NCBI GenBank assembly: GCA_011109175.1
Contig: RDEW01000006.1
Span: 1,047,184-1,111,183 of the forward strand
Origin: Dicyema japonicum
Lineage: Eukaryota > Animalia > Dicyemida
DNA: 64,000 bases
Direction: 5' to 3'
Shown here: in pieces, positions 1 through 13,330 of the stretch
Layout of the letters: every line of letters begins with the position of its first letter
How positions within the stretch are numbered: the stretch's first letter is position 1
Notes under the pieces: model-generated
Database searches by the model: none
What the model was told of the DNA's origin: nothing
The model's input: the letters and a program-made list of their open reading frames with translations, nothing else
Position numbers and translations under genes: made by a program

Positions 1-555
1 GTTCGCTTCTAGGAGACTCTGAAGGTGTTACTCGTAGGAAGATCCTTGCTATGAGTGCACTGAAGAAATATTGTTAATATGGAGCCACAAGAAGAGGATA
101 GGACTAAATACCAGACTTAGAATATACAAAGCTTTTGTCATCTGGTACTTACCTACAACTTCGGGACTTGGAGAATCCCTAAACGGGAAATATCCGTTTT
201 GACTCTTCCTCCAGAGCTCAGATCAAATCAAGATCAATGGTCTATGAAGATCTCTACTGCAAACCTAAATAATAAATGAAAATCCGGCGTGCTGTCAGAT
301 GATATTTTCAAATCAAGATAAAGCATCTTTGGCCACGTGTTACGTCTAAATGATCAGGTCCTTGCAAATGTCGCAATGGACAACTACTTGTCACAAATAG
401 GATCCGGAATCCGTGGAAAACAAGAACTAAACTTTCGACTATCTTGAATGAAGACCTATAGGGGGTTGATATGAGACTAATTTTGGCGGACGACCTGAGA
501 GAACTAGCGCGCAACAGAAGATCATGGTCGAGGCTGACGGAGAGGATGATTCGGA
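1..555 (+). mobile_element. RTE-clade non-LTR retrotransposon, 3' remnant
   Basis: Frameshifted translation gives GSLLGDSEGVTRRKILAMSALKK, RLRIYKAFV and IFGHVLRLNDQVLANVAMDNY, which are RTE post-RT motifs. A similar 3' end occurs at 4525-4830. Confidence 0.8.
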
Positions 556-1194
556 ATACGGCACAAGGGAGACTTAATTAACTTTATGATTTCTCGGGAG
601 TGCTTTTAATGATAATATTAATTTAAGTAAATATAAATATAGGTTAAACGTTAGTCTGATACGAAGGGCTTTATTTTTTTTCCACTTATTTGGGTGCAAT
701 AGAGTGGATTTGTCAGGTTTCAATGATTTCACTGAGTAGTCAGTTTCACTGTGCATTTTGAATAGAAGATCAAAGTGTGATGATATTAGTTTTATTTACG
801 TCCCCAATGACCGTACGGCCGAGGCTATCATGGACAGTGATTGGGCCCGAACTCCTCCTTCTGTTGAGGAGGTGAATGGCATTAAACATCTTTGGTCCGT
901 CTTTATATTTCGTTATTTCGGAAATTTGATTTTCTGCTTCACTTCTGGCAAGTAATTTTTCTATTTGTATGATTTTTGTTAGGACTCTGCCTCTCTGGGT
1001 GGAGCTCGTTGATTTTTTCCGGTGCACTTGTATTTTCGGATTAGAGTCTGAGCTCTTTTTATATTACATAAAGTTGTCTGATATCCGGACTGCTTTGTTT
1101 GTGAGTGGGTTTGGGGTGGGACCCAAAACACTAGAACCGAGTACTGGATTTTGACCAAATCCTCTTATTAAATCAACGAATAAGTCAAATGATT

Positions 1195-1352
1195 AGAAAG
1201 TCGTCAAACCATTTACAGATGTAAATTTTATTAAAGACAGTCATTTAAAAGTCAGTGAAATAATTTATCCTGAGAAAAAGATTCTTTTTGAAGGTCTTAG
1301 TTTATCACCAAACATTGTTGCTAGCAGGATCACTGAATTATCAAACATTTGT
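1195..1352 (+). mobile_element. hAT (Charlie/GTF2IRD2-like) transposase fragment
   Basis: Translates as KPFTDVNFIKDSHLKVSEIIYPEKKILFEGLSLSPNIVASRITELS, matching the KPFTEGEFIK..PEKK..F..ISLS.NTVA.RI.EL motif. Confidence 0.7.
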
Positions 1353-1533
1353 TATTCCATGCTTATCACCGACATTTTCGAAAATAAGCCCAGGTCTTAT
1401 AATAAATTAACTTTTCTTTTGTATATTTAAAAGTTAAAAAAAATATAAATTTAATCTCAAAAAATGTCCCAAAAAATAACGGATAATAAAATGGCCCATG
1501 TGTTGATTTTTTATATGTCGTATCATACCTTTT

Positions 1534-1765
1534 GAAGGTGCCACGCATCTACGATGCAGAAAGGGTTTTGACGAGTGACGCCGTCATCAGTGGATACTCA
1601 CTGCGGAACTGGATTGTCTAGAAAGGACACTCACACAAGAAAAAAAAAGAAGTCATTTCTTGGTTCTACGATTAGTTAAAATTAACTGTTCTTTACTTAA
1701 ATAAAATGTGTGTCTATGCGGAGCTATAAATACTATGGCTCTCGTGAAAAGGCTTTATTATTATC
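1534..1765 (-). repeat. Dispersed repeat A, copy 1
   Basis: Reverse complement aligns by eye with 7150-7390 and, more weakly, 8090-8305. Confidence 0.85.
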
Positions 1766-3238
1766 ACACCTTTGCGTTTTCCGTGTATTTCATGAATTCT
1801 GTTTAGTATTAGCTGTGATCTTGCTAGTTTCAAGTCAGCTATATTATCTCGAATTTTGTATTAGGGCCTTCTGATATTGCTTGCAGAAAATATAGTTAAT
1901 CTGGTTGTATATTCGGATTATGCTCCCATATTTGTTTTTTCTGGTGCCAACCCAAGTGGTTTTGTGTCTTGTTGATTGCTTGAAACAAGTATTGCATAAG
2001 AGTAGGTTGAAAGCCGTGAAAAATTGTATCAGTGACTCTCCGGGAAGGTTGCGACGATTACTTCGGTAGACTCCAAAGCACGTTTCCCTGGGTCTGGCTT
2101 TTCCAGCCCTGGGGTTCCAGTCCCAAGCGACAAGACGAAGGTAAGAGGGCGAAAGCGAGTTGTATACACTCGTGAAAGTAGAGTAAAATGCGTCCAGCTC
2201 TTCGATGTTTGTTAAAACTCGCGCTTCGGTTGAGGCATATACATTTATAATGGAGATGATGAGTTGATTTTATTTTTGTATTTGATTTGCAGCACTGCGA
2301 CACTGTCGGAAGCTGCCCACACTCTTGTACTACAGAGAATCTGGTTCTGATCCGAGACCATAATGTCGGCAGGCTGTTGAGAGGGTGAAAAGGTGGAATT
2401 TGTCAAACAGTTATGTAAATTTTGTCTCTTGTAGACAGCAGACAGATGTTGCACTTTGTTAGATCGCATACCAGTTGGTGTTTCTTGTACGGCTGTTTAA
2501 GTCTTCTGCAATTAAAAGATTCCAGAGTGGACGGAGAAGTCGGTAAGGAATACGAATAGGACATAATGCAATAGAGACGTCGTCACCACCTCAACCAAAA
2601 AAACTTAAATGAATATTTTGGAAAATAAAATTTACAGTAACCTAGTTTTTTAATATTGATGACATAATTTAACACAAACGAATTATAAGACCACTTTAAT
2701 GAGACGGAAATTGAAGACTACCTATTTTTTCGTCCTTAGCAGCTTTAAAATTCCAGATAAATATGGCTGATTTCTGGGAGTTTACTTTTGGTATACCTTT
2801 TTCTCCACCTAAGAGGACCGGGATGACACATCATCTTTATTCAAATGGACCGGGAATTTCTATTTTCTCATAAAATAAGATTTTAGGAATATTTTGTAAG
2901 CCGAAAATCATGGTACGATCGGCGTTTAAAGTGTGTCTTATAATCATTGCATACTTATGAGACAAAAAGGTAATGACAGAGATATTGGACGTTGTATTGA
3001 AGAGTTTGTTGCAACAACTATTGCTTCACAATGGAGTTTAGATTTTAAATACTTATTTGCCGTACAAAAATATTACTTGAACTTTGAATAAGTAAATAAA
3101 CAATCGCCCACCTTTATATCCCCCAATTTGGTAGACCCTGTTCTAAACTAAATAGTGTATCCTGGCCATGATGGATTCCATGAAAAGGCTATGAGACCAG
3201 GGGCAAATGAATACTACTATTAAACAAACACCAATAAA

Positions 3239-4354
3239 TTAATTCCCATTATTACCAAATATATCAAATAATACTACAATTAATATAATCATTACCCTTT
3301 CGTTCACTTTCACTGAATTTACGATCAGGAAAACTAACATTGAAGGTTACAAACAAATCCCCAAATGTCCCATACTTCTGGTAAATTGGCATCCCCTCCT
3401 TTGGAATCTTCAATACCAATCCATGAGGTGTTATCTTCTCTCTTCTGTCCACAAACACTTCATGGGAATCCAAATGAGTTAGTTTTGTGGAAAACCCAAG
3501 CAGAGCATCCACCAATGGAATAGTCAAATTGACCAACAAGTCATCCTCCCTTCTCACAAAGGAAGAGTGAGGGGTCTCTCTCAGAATCACAATCAGGTCC
3601 CCGGGATCAGCCTCTATGTGAGGTTCCCCTTGATTTTTAAGCACAATCGCAGTCCCGTCCTTTGATCCGTTCTCCACTTCAATCTCCACGATCTCTTCCA
3701 CACGAACAAGTCTAGAGTCACAAAACAACTCACTTTTTGTTAGGACAATCGTCACAGAACTGCATGGGGGTTATATAAATGGCATCTCCATGCCTTGTTG
3801 TCCCCATTTCTGTCCGACAATTGCATTTTCTGGTTCCCGAAGTCGTCTGGTAGACATGTTTAACTCTCAAAAACTAAAAATTAGTCAAAAGTGAACCTCA
3901 ATGAAAGTACCTTCGTATATTTCCTCGAAGGACACGTGGATATCAACTTTTATGTCGTTTCCTTTGACTTCTCGCTGTTCTCTTTGGTGAAACATCCCAC
4001 CAAAAAAGCTAAACATTTTAATTAAAAAAACCTAGAAAATGGATCCATAAAATCGTTGAATCCCCCACGATTCTGCTGATGCTGTTCGACTCCGTCTTCG
4101 CCGTATTTATCATATAATTCCCTTTCATGTGGTTTTGAAAGGACAGAGTACGCCTTTCCCAACTCCTGGAACTTCTCCTGGGCGTCTGGTCTGGAATTTA
4201 CGTCGGGATGGAGTTTCTTTGCCTTTTCGAGATAACTTAATTTTATTTGCTTAGCAGTTGCATTTTTAGGGACTCCAAGCACATCATAGTAGTTCCTCCC
4301 TCCCATAATATAAAAGCATAATGAAAGAAGGACGGTCAAATAAACAAAAACCAT
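3239..4354 (-). CDS. DNAJB11: ER DnaJ co-chaperone (ERdj3); 5 exons
   Basis: Signal peptide, J-domain with HPD, RKCNCRTEM..CDDCPN and DnaJ C-terminal domain. Four introns of 22-23 nt (e.g. 4009-4031) restore the frame. Stop TAA at 3239-3241. Confidence 0.9.
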
Positions 4355-4524
4355 ATAATACTACGTGTATAATTATATTTAATTATTTAAATTTTATTTA
4401 TTATAAAACAGCTATTTAATAAATATTTATTGTTATTTTAATGTTATCATTAACTAGAAACATTATTTTTTAATTAATTATTGTAAATAAATTTCACCTC
4501 TATTCCCATTACAATATCCACCCA

Positions 4525-4830
4525 TTGAATGGAGAAATAAGAAGCAACAGATGGGGCTTATTTGGTCACATCTCAAGAATGGACAGGAATACTCCAGCTA
4601 ATCTCGCGATGGAACACCACTATGTTCCTCATCTGGGATCGACTTTCCGGGGAAGACCACGAATTACTTTATCAACCCTTCTAAATCAAGACCTATTTCG
4701 ATTGGGAAAGGGTTGACGTCGGCAGATGATCTTGAGCTCCTTAGGGACCTATCGAGGAACAGAGGGAACTGAAAGCAATGAACAACACGCATCCAGGAGA
4801 GGGTGGCACAAGCGAGATAACTTTACTAAC
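4525..4830 (+). mobile_element. RTE 3' remnant
   Basis: RWGLFGHISRMDRNTPANLAM..RGRPRITLSTLLNQDL. Confidence 0.75.
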
Positions 4831-5499
4831 GTTGTTTTTGGTGTGCTTATTAATAATAAATAAATTTCACGGGCATGAAAAACATAAAACAACAACCGAA
4901 ACCCGCTGACGACTTAGTCAGAGTTCTAGAGATTGACGTCTAAACTTGTTTTTTGTGCTTTCTGGCTATAAATTAATAATAAATTTTATGTTAGCCGTTG
5001 GTTTCCTTCACTTGAAGGGACTGGGGTAAATAAATTTCACATCTGACTTTCATCACTTTTTTGGATTGACCAGGACCTCTGGAGGGTTGGAGAATGTCTC
5101 AAAGACGGGGGTTATCTACGTACGAGTAGAAACGATGTGGATATTTTCGTGCACATATTTTGACATAACTATGGTATTCCGAAAATGTGTTAAAATAAAA
5201 TTGTGAAATTAAATCACAATGTCTAAACAGGCAAAACAAAGTCAGTGATCAGAAAGTGGTATATGAAATGGGGTGTCTGCATTAGGAATCGATTGGCTAA
5301 TTATCTCATTGTTTTATTAAATATAAGAATCAATGTAAATTACCCCTTCTCTGTTAACTGCAATTATTTCCTTTACAAGTCAGTCTTCTCCTCCTTTCTC
5401 CACAAGTTAGTCGGAAACAGAAATGAACACCATGCCACGTTAGTGTTCAATCTCATACCCTATAATTTTCTTCAATAAATAAGTCCTCGTGCTCTCTTA

Positions 5500-7130
5500 C
5501 GAGTAATAATAACGAGTAAATTAACTAATTAACTAATTAAGCGTATTTTGATCCAGATTGTTGGTAATCCCTCTTCTTCTCTTAGATGAAGAGTGTGCCA
5601 TAACCTCCCTGTTACTCCGCATCTCCACATCAGATTCAGTCAAAATATCTCCGTTAGAGTCCAGTGGGCTGTCTCACGGCATGCCAGTTCCACAAGTTGG
5701 GAGGTAGCAGAAGCGTACTCTTCATCGTATACCTTCATCACATGCTTATGTTCAATGAGCATACTTTCGAGCGTTCTCTTCAGCACAACCGATTGGATGT
5801 AAGTCCTCGTTGATTCTTCAATAGATAATTTATCCATATGATTCTTGAAGCATCTTGAGACAACTCCATCCCATGTCAAAACCACTGGAATAATCTTCAC
5901 TTGGCATTCATAGAGCAGCGAAAGTTCATTTGCAAGCAAGTCATATTTGTGAAGTTTCTCAACTTCAACTTGCTTTAGTCGGTCTTGTGAGGTAATCCCC
6001 ACTTCAATTAACGTTACTTCCTTCTTTATTTTGTCATACACGAAAATATCAGGTTTATTGTATTGGACTTTTGTTTCTGTCAAAATCGACGAGTCAACTC
6101 TAATTTCGACATTTTGATTCGTCAATATTGACTGAACCGAATGTCCTTTCAATTTCCTGCTTCTTTTGATTCCATAAATTCGACAAAGATGAAGATGGAT
6201 GCACTTTACCACTTCATTATGTCTTCGGAGATAATCACTATTTAGCATTTTTCCACACTGAGTGGCCAATGATCAACAGTTTTCTTGCTTTTTTTACAAT
6301 GGTTGCATAATGACCCCGTGTGTGCAAAAAACAAATTCCTATCTTGCAAAAGACAGTACAATGCTTCGCTCCGTGGGCCGTTATTTCCTTTGGATAACCA
6401 TTCTGAGGAAGTATATAGGTCGACATTTGTTTCATCAATACATTTGAACATAATTGAGTGTAGTGTTCTGCAATAAATTTTATTTAATAAATATTTTTTC
6501 TGAGTGTCCTTGAGGGACTTAATATCCATGCTTTCCCTGTCGGCAATTGCATATTTAGAGGCAAGAAATCCTGCGATTGTAGCCAAGTGCCATTTTTTTG
6601 TTTTTATTACTCGCAGAATCCCCGACCTTCGCAAACACACAGTCGACTGTTTTTCCAAACTTTTAAAAAACTGGAAAAGTATTAATTCGCTCTTTAATGA
6701 AATCGAGGAAAGTCCTCTTCCAAAAGTCTTCCTGTCCAAATACAGCCTCTCTTTATTTGCAGGTTTGAGGTGCAACTTGAGTGACGTAAGCAGTTGCCGT
6801 ATTTGTTGGTCAATATCATCAAATTCGTATGGTTCAATATTAATTAATCCTATATAATAGTTATATAGGGACATTGCGTATTCATTTATTGCGCGAAATA
6901 AGTTCACAGAATTTAACTTTGTTTTTGAAAGCATGGTTATTCTCTTTTAACATTTTCAAGTATGGACTCCATAACTTTGCTTTTAAGAACATTACTTCCC
7001 TCATCTTCAAAAACACCCAAATATCGATATCCACTGACTCCTTCCAGAGTCTCACAACATGATAACGATTTAACATTAGAAAGTGACTTTTCCGAATTCA
7101 TCTCCAAGCCGGCAACATGAAAGAAATGTG
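5500..7130 (-). mobile_element. R4/Dong-like RLE-type non-LTR retrotransposon, 5'-truncated
   Basis: ORFs 6882-7076, 6242-6934 and 5640-6269 give the RT thumb, CxxC..H zinc motif, RRHNEV, and the restriction-like endonuclease NKPDI..LIEVGIT..EK..KYD. Short TAA runs lie at both ends. Confidence 0.85.
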
Positions 7131-7149
7131 CTCTCTTATAATAATAATA

Positions 7150-7390
7150 GTAATAACAACCCTTTCACGAAAGCCAAATATTTATAGCTCCGCATAGGCA
7201 GGACACACACTTTATTTAAGTAAAAAACAGTTAATTTTAACTAATCGTAGAACCAAGGAATGATCTTCACCTTTTTTTTCTCTTGTGTGTGGGTCCTTTC
7301 TAGACAATCCAGTTCTGTAGTGAGTATCCACTGATGACGGCGTCACTCGTCAAACCCTTTTGGCATCGTAGTTGCGTGGAACCTTCCACC
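7150..7390 (+). repeat. Dispersed repeat A, copy 2
   Basis: Shares CACTGATGACGGCGTCACTCGTCAAA and flanks with copy 1. Confidence 0.85.
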
Positions 7391-7429
7391 AGGTGAACAG
7401 CAGCGAGAATCGATTATCAATATAATTCT

Positions 7430-8090
7430 AGGATCCCTTATTATTATTTAACATTGAAAAAAGTAGTTGAACCAACTAATAAAGTGATCCTGATAGTCTT
7501 CAATAAGTGCTGAGGTTTTTGCATGCTCCTCCATAGTTCCCACTGCTTTTCTATAACCACGACGATCTTCTTTCAGTAGAATTCCAAGGTCTCTTAGAAG
7601 TTAACATCTTTAGAGAATAAAAACTAAAAACAGTAGCTCTAAATGGATACTCTAATGGATAACATTAGAAACTCTCTATTAAAGCCCACTAAACGACTAT
7701 TTCAGTTTCTTTAGAAATATCAGTGTCAACAAATTTTCTGTAACTTATGAATTTGACTTTTTGTAACAAATTTACTGTGAAACTGACTGAAAATATTAAG
7801 AATTTGACATCAAAAATAATTTGGGTAGAACGTAGCCAAATCAATAAGAAACGTAGTCTATGCCTTGTAGAAGTTTTGATTAGACTTATTGTAGTGGTTA
7901 ATAATTATTTCTCAACAAACACTCATCCATTTTATAATACATACTGATTTCTCGGATGATTTTTTGTAAAACATCAAAGATGAGATCGATAATGGCTAGA
8001 TGGATAACCTGGTTTAAGTTTGTAAAAAAGGCTTTTGGAAGGTTTCCCTCCTTATGAATTTTTGTTGTCAAGTAGAAGCCCATCAAGAGG
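7430..8090 (-). mobile_element. Possible Penelope-like RT remnant
   Basis: GFYLTTKIHKEGNLPK resembles the PLE motif FYGLPKIHK.G.P. A downstream IFDVKFL resembles SFDVKSLF. Many stops elsewhere. Confidence 0.4.
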
Positions 8091-8305
8091 CATAATAATA
8101 CTGCACTTGAAGAAGAGCAATATTAGCTATCGCTCCATCAGACAGGACACACTCTTTATTTTAAGTAAAGAACAGTTATCATAACTAATCGATGAGGGAG
8201 ACCAAGGAATACTCTTCATTTTTTTTGTTGGATGTGAGTACTTTGGTAGACGATCTAGTTACGCAGTAAGATGTTCACTGATGACACCGTTACTCGTCAA
8301 GCAAT
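8090..8305 (+). repeat. Dispersed repeat A, copy 3 (diverged)
   Basis: Contains CAGGACACACTCTTTATTTTAAGTAAAGAACAGTT and CACTGATGACACCGTTACTCGTCAA. Confidence 0.7.
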
Positions 8306-9954
8306 CATCTATGACTGCCTAAAGTAAAAATCTAGCTAAACAAAAAGAAAATTACAACTTACAGTTCTCAGTAATTAGAATTCTTATAAGTTTCTGTCCT
8401 CTTTGAAAGACCCTATACTTTTTGAGTCCTTTTGTAAAAAGAGTGGGAGCTTAGTTCATCTTATGTGAACCCCTGTCAGTAGCACGAGTCTGCAGGAGGT
8501 ACGGATGAGGAACACAGGGAGAAGATTAGGTGTTTTTGAGAGTGATTGGAATCACACAATGACCTCATTTTCCCATCCTTAATTTACTGGCGATTCCTGG
8601 TCTAAATAAATAATTTGAACTCTGGATTTGTCTTTAATTTCCTCACATCACTAGATCCATATCAGGGAACGTCCGCTTTGCCATTACCTAGCATCAGTTG
8701 TGTACCAGGGGTAAATAATTCTCAGAATTTCATCATCCATAGAAAGGGAAATATGGTATGTCCATTACTTGTGGTTTACGCACCACTAATATTAATTATC
8801 AATTAAAGTACATGTAGTTCACAAAGTTTGTTAACAGATTTATCGAATACTAAAGCAAATCTCATAATAATCTCAAGAACTATTAGTAATTAAAAAGTTA
8901 ATAAGCTCAAGGGCATGGACTTTGCTCCAACATAATTTACTATAGATAAAGTATTACAGGCACCGGGGGGTGAGTCACATTGGTGGGTATTAATTTTGTT
9001 GATTATTTTCTCATTCATGAGTTTTACGGGATCCAAAATTCTTGAGGGCGCTAAAATGTTACAATAAAAAACAAACACGAGTACATTGCGTTGGGATATC
9101 GAAGACCATGTTGAGGCTCTATCTGCCAGTGGTAGACGAGAAGCTGAGTGGGGTTAATGTCATAATGATAATTGGAGTCATCAATTGAAGAAACAGACTT
9201 ATTGAGATAATAATGGGCTTTGGCTGCGATCAGGTAGTCACCAGGTGAGTTTGAAGAGAGTTTGGAGAGTGTAGGTTGCGGTTTGCTAGATGGGTACCGT
9301 GATAAACGAATTGGGTCCTCTTCCTCATTGGAAGACTGTAAAGATCGATTTTTAGAATATCTTATCGGATTCCGTTTTAGTGCTACAAATATAATCAATA
9401 TAAATAGATATAGATGGATTAGTAGTACTTGGTTGGAAGGATGTCTTTGAACTTTTATCAAGAAATGACAATTTGTGGGGATTAAAGTCTGGAGTTGATA
9501 GTCTGTCGAGAGCAGATATCTGCGGTATCAACAATTAGTAACCTCACTAAAGGTCAGCTTTGTCCTTCCACAATTTGAATTCATTACGCCTATTTGCGTT
9601 TTAATGTATTTAAATTATACGAAGAACGCTATAATTTGATTGACTTTATCAATGTGTAATTATAATGTTCTAATTCACATAATACCACGACCAAGGTGAC
9701 TATTACCTGCTGAGGCGTAGAAGGCTTAAGGATTTCTCGGTTAACTTTGCTATCGAGACAGCTGGAGCGATAAGTAAAAAGTATTTGTCTTTCCTTAGGA
9801 AATTGAGTCTTAATATGACAGTCCCCACTATCTTCCGTATAAAGAGGATACTTAAATTTGAAAGGTCAGAATATTAATAGTAACATGTAATAATCAATTA
9901 TAAATTTACATGTAGGATAATTAACAAGCAATTGATTAGTCTCTATTAGGGCAA

Positions 9955-10140
9955 TTTTTATGGCAGTTCCCCTTCTGGGCGGTTCCCATCTCCACGATCC
10001 AGGCCCACCGGTTTTAGAGATGACGAGAATCCAGCCGCCTAAAGAGATGAAGGCATGCCTCGGAACTGACCTCTGCTGAAACGGCAAAAGAGCGGTTGTT
10101 GTCGACCTTAAGTCGTCGACAATATGGCTAAAATACGGTG
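9955..10140 (-). mobile_element. CRE-like retrotransposon endonuclease fragment
   Basis: AAGFSSSLKPVGLDRGDGNRPEG matches the CRE motif LEPVGLDRGDGKRPDG seen at 32858-33295. An opposite-strand piece, FAIETAG, lies near 9740. Confidence 0.65.
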
Positions 10141-10149
10141 ACAACTCAC

Positions 10150-10890
10150 CTCGATCGGAGGCACTGTACACGTATATGCAAGACCGCAATATTTTTTGGG
10201 GTCGATCAACAAATACATATCCCCACTGTAAGTCAAGGAGCATGTCGGTTGATCATTTAGCCACTCGATGTGGATCCATGCTTTGCCACGACTATGTGTG
10301 GAGGCATAACGACGTAGTACGGAGTCTTCATCTTCTACTATGCAATAAGTATGGTATTCGCCACACCAGAAAGTTGCGGACTCATAAGGTGCAATCTGTA
10401 GTAGAGAACACCAGGGTACAAATTAAGGTAGACAGTGTTATCCGTACCTCAGTGCTAGTCAAGCACAATAAACCGGACATTGTGGTACACGATAAGGAGT
10501 CTGGCAAGTCCTTATCATAGAAGTTGGCATCACGTCTCAAGACCGTTTGCAGACTGTGGAGGTGGAGAAAAAAAGGAAGTATGACTTTCTTGCAAACGAG
10601 ATGGGCAGATGCTTGGTTGCAAGGTCCTCGTTATTCCAATAGTAATGACGTGGGAAGGAATTGCTACAAAGTATCACAAGGGTTATCTGAAGCAGTTGGG
10701 GGTAGATAGGAAGCTCCAGGCCTATCTACAGTCCACTGTGTTAAAGCGGACCCTAGAGAGCCTGACACTGGAGTATAGGAGGCAGAGCCCTGAGATGCCA
10801 TATGGGCAGAGGGTTCAATTGGACAAGGCGCTCTCGGAGTTGTTTCAGCAACCAGAATCGAACCTACTTGAGAAGGCTGGCGAATAGGCA
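10150..10890 (+). mobile_element. R4/Dong-like element, 3' fragment (second subfamily)
   Basis: QDRNIFW..CPHCK..VDHLATRC..RHNDVV..HNKPDIVVHDK..LQSTVLKRTLES is homologous to 5640-6269. Confidence 0.85.
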
Positions 10891-11199
10891 GGCGAGGAAG
10901 GTTGTTGATTATTAAATATATTAACTTTTTTATTGTTTGTTAAATAAAATTAATAAGAAGTAAATAATAATTAATTTTAGTTATATATTTTTCAATTTTT
11001 ATGCAATTTTAGTTAATGGTTAGAACTCTTTGCAATTATTTTTCAAATAAAAAAATTTTTTTGAAGTTTTTATTTTAAAATTGCAATTTTCTTATTTCTC
11101 TAATTATTATTACTAAAAAGCACTTTCACAAAACCAAAAACGTTATATTAACTAAGGTCCCGTTTATGCCACACGTTTCGAAATTTGCTTCACTAGGCG

Positions 11200-11530
11200 T
11201 CTCCATTGTCCTCTCATTGTGTGATTCCAATCACTCTTAACCCACCACAAGGCTTTCTGAAGGCAATCATTTTTAAGCAAAAAAGGAGTCATCCGGCATA
11301 GTCGATAATATCACCCCGAAGAATGCAGTCTGTAAGGGTCTTTATTGAGTTAATGAGGGAGTTCCTCATTTCGGCGGTTTAGAAGAATTAAGATCTTTCA
11401 TGTGGCTCGGACGTAGGCTGTCCAGCACTGCTGCTTCCTGGGAAAGATGAGATAGCAGATCGTATATCATCTGTGGTGGTTATCAAATGTGAGGTATTCT
11501 TCCCAATTTCTGTCTCCCGTAGAGCCACTA
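11200..11530 (-). mobile_element. CRE-like RT fragment
   Basis: IRSAISSFPGSSSAG.DSLRPSHMKDL..MIAFRKPCGGLRVIG is homologous to the RT at 49504-49929. Confidence 0.7.
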
Positions 11531-11624
11531 TAAACCTTCCTCTGAATGATGATTGTTCTCATTGTTAAAGTAATTGTGAATTTATATTTGCAGGGGCGTT
11601 TATGTCCATTCTAAGCACGTGTCC

Positions 11625-12790
11625 AAACAGTCTCTATCTTGATTCAATAATGTCGATGCTTATTGGCATCAATTGTGTCACAGAGTATAATTTCTTATTT
11701 GAAATTTTCCTGGGCCAACCTAGGGCCAGTAAATTGTGTAATTGTCTTCGATGAAATATATCCATTTTCTTGAGCTCTAGCTCTGCAACCCTCCATATAA
11801 CTGAGTTGTACATAAGCACCGGTTTTATATATGAGTTGTATAGTTTTATTCTTAGGTTTGTTTTATTAGTTTTCGTCGACTCCATATCTTCTCCATTTTC
11901 TGATACATACATAGCAGTGGCTAGAAGTCCACATCATGTCTTCACTATCACCAAGTAAGGATCCCAATTTCCTTTTTTCTCCAACTTTCATCAATATATT
12001 TTTAATTCCCTTGTGATTTATGTGTTCAGTCTTTTCCTGATTAACTCGCAGAGACCAATTCTTAAATTCTCCAGGGATTTATCTAAAGCAAGTCCAAGTT
12101 CGAGATCATTTTCTGACACAAAATCTATGTCATCTGCATATATAATCTCCATCGGCATGCATCCTTCACATTTTGTTCTAAGATCTCTCAATGCCGCTTC
12201 CAGGTATACGACAAATAGAACTGGAGATAGAGTCCCCTGAGGTATTCCAACTGTTTTCCCAAAAGGCTTCGATATTGTGTTCCTAATTCGTACAGTTAAT
12301 TCAGTGTTAGATAATAGGAAACTGACAAGTCTTGTGTTATCCTCATCAGGAAAACTCCCAGCAACGTCCAACAATGTTTTCTGTTGACAGTGTCAAACTC
12401 ACTGGACATGTCCACTCCCAAAATCCTAATATCACTCTGTATCGTTGACACACGGCACATATCCCCCTGTTGGACCAAACAGCATCTGCGGTCGAGAGTC
12501 CCCTTCTGAATTCACTCTGTCCCGGCGACAAAAATTCCAAAAAAATCAGAAGATATCCGACTTAGAGTAATCAGAAATAGTATCTTCCTCAATATTCCCA
12601 GTAATATCACAGGTCTTAGATTTTTTATCGATCCCTTGCTCTTTCCTGGTTTATGCAGAGAATCAAAATTCGAACACCAAGTTTCAAATGGGAATGCGTC
12701 TCAAATACCTTATTGAAAATCTTTGTAATGAGGGTTGTCACTTCGTCTGGTGCATACTTGATCATTTCTCCATGTATGTTATGATTCCGA
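11625..12790 (-). mobile_element. RTE RT domain remnant
   Basis: Motifs SPGQSEFRRGLSTAD, GVDMSSEFDTVNR, GIPQGTLSPVLFVVYLE, YADDIDFVS and YNSYIKPVLMYNS. Confidence 0.85.
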
Positions 12791-13039
12791 TTAAGTTCTT
12801 TTAGTTAAGACTGGCAGCTATCAGAATTGAAAACCCATTTTCCATGAAGATTTGTAAAAATGCGTTCAATAGCAACTTCCTTTTTTTCTATTCTCCTTCC
12901 TCCTTGCAATCCGATATGGTTCTGCAGGGTCAGTGATCTGCTTCCAAACTGAACAACCATATTATTATTATTATTAGCACTTTCATGAGAGCCATAATAT
13001 TTATATCCCCGCATGTGCAGCAAAAAATATAAGAGAATT

Positions 13040-13330
13040 AGTTAGGTTGCTCCAAGCTCTTCTGTTCTTTGCTAGGTCCCTCAGTGAGTCCAGATCGTCA
13101 CCAGATGCCAATGTTTTCTTCACGGCTTTCAGATCGTTTTGTGAAACGACCGGGAGGGTAGTTCTCGGTCTTCCACAAAGCGTTTTACATTGGAGGAGTA
13201 GTAATCTTCCATTGCGATATCTTCAATATAATTTGTCCATAAACGGCAAAGAATATCAGGCTGATCAGGCAGCTTGCAAGACTGCGGAAGAAAGATTTTA
13301 AAATGATGATAACTTTCGAGACAGGTCACT
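13040..13330 (-). mobile_element. RTE 3' remnant
   Basis: CGRPRTTLPVVSQNDL..DDLDSLRDLAKNRRAW. Confidence 0.7.

Larger units (their letters stand above)
690..2560 (-). mobile_element. RTE element (APE endonuclease plus linker), interrupted by hAT and repeat-A insertions
   Basis: 1790-2560 gives APE motifs ICCLQETK, IINVYAST, FKQSTRHKTTW and YNQINYIF. 770-1027 gives the linker EITKYKDGPKMFNAIHLL. Confidence 0.75.

Noticed and set aside
6504-6857. Long antisense ORFs (also 41397-41705, 13541-13792, 50982-51367)
   Set aside because: They are shadows of genuine genes or TE ORFs on the opposite strand, with no independent motifs.
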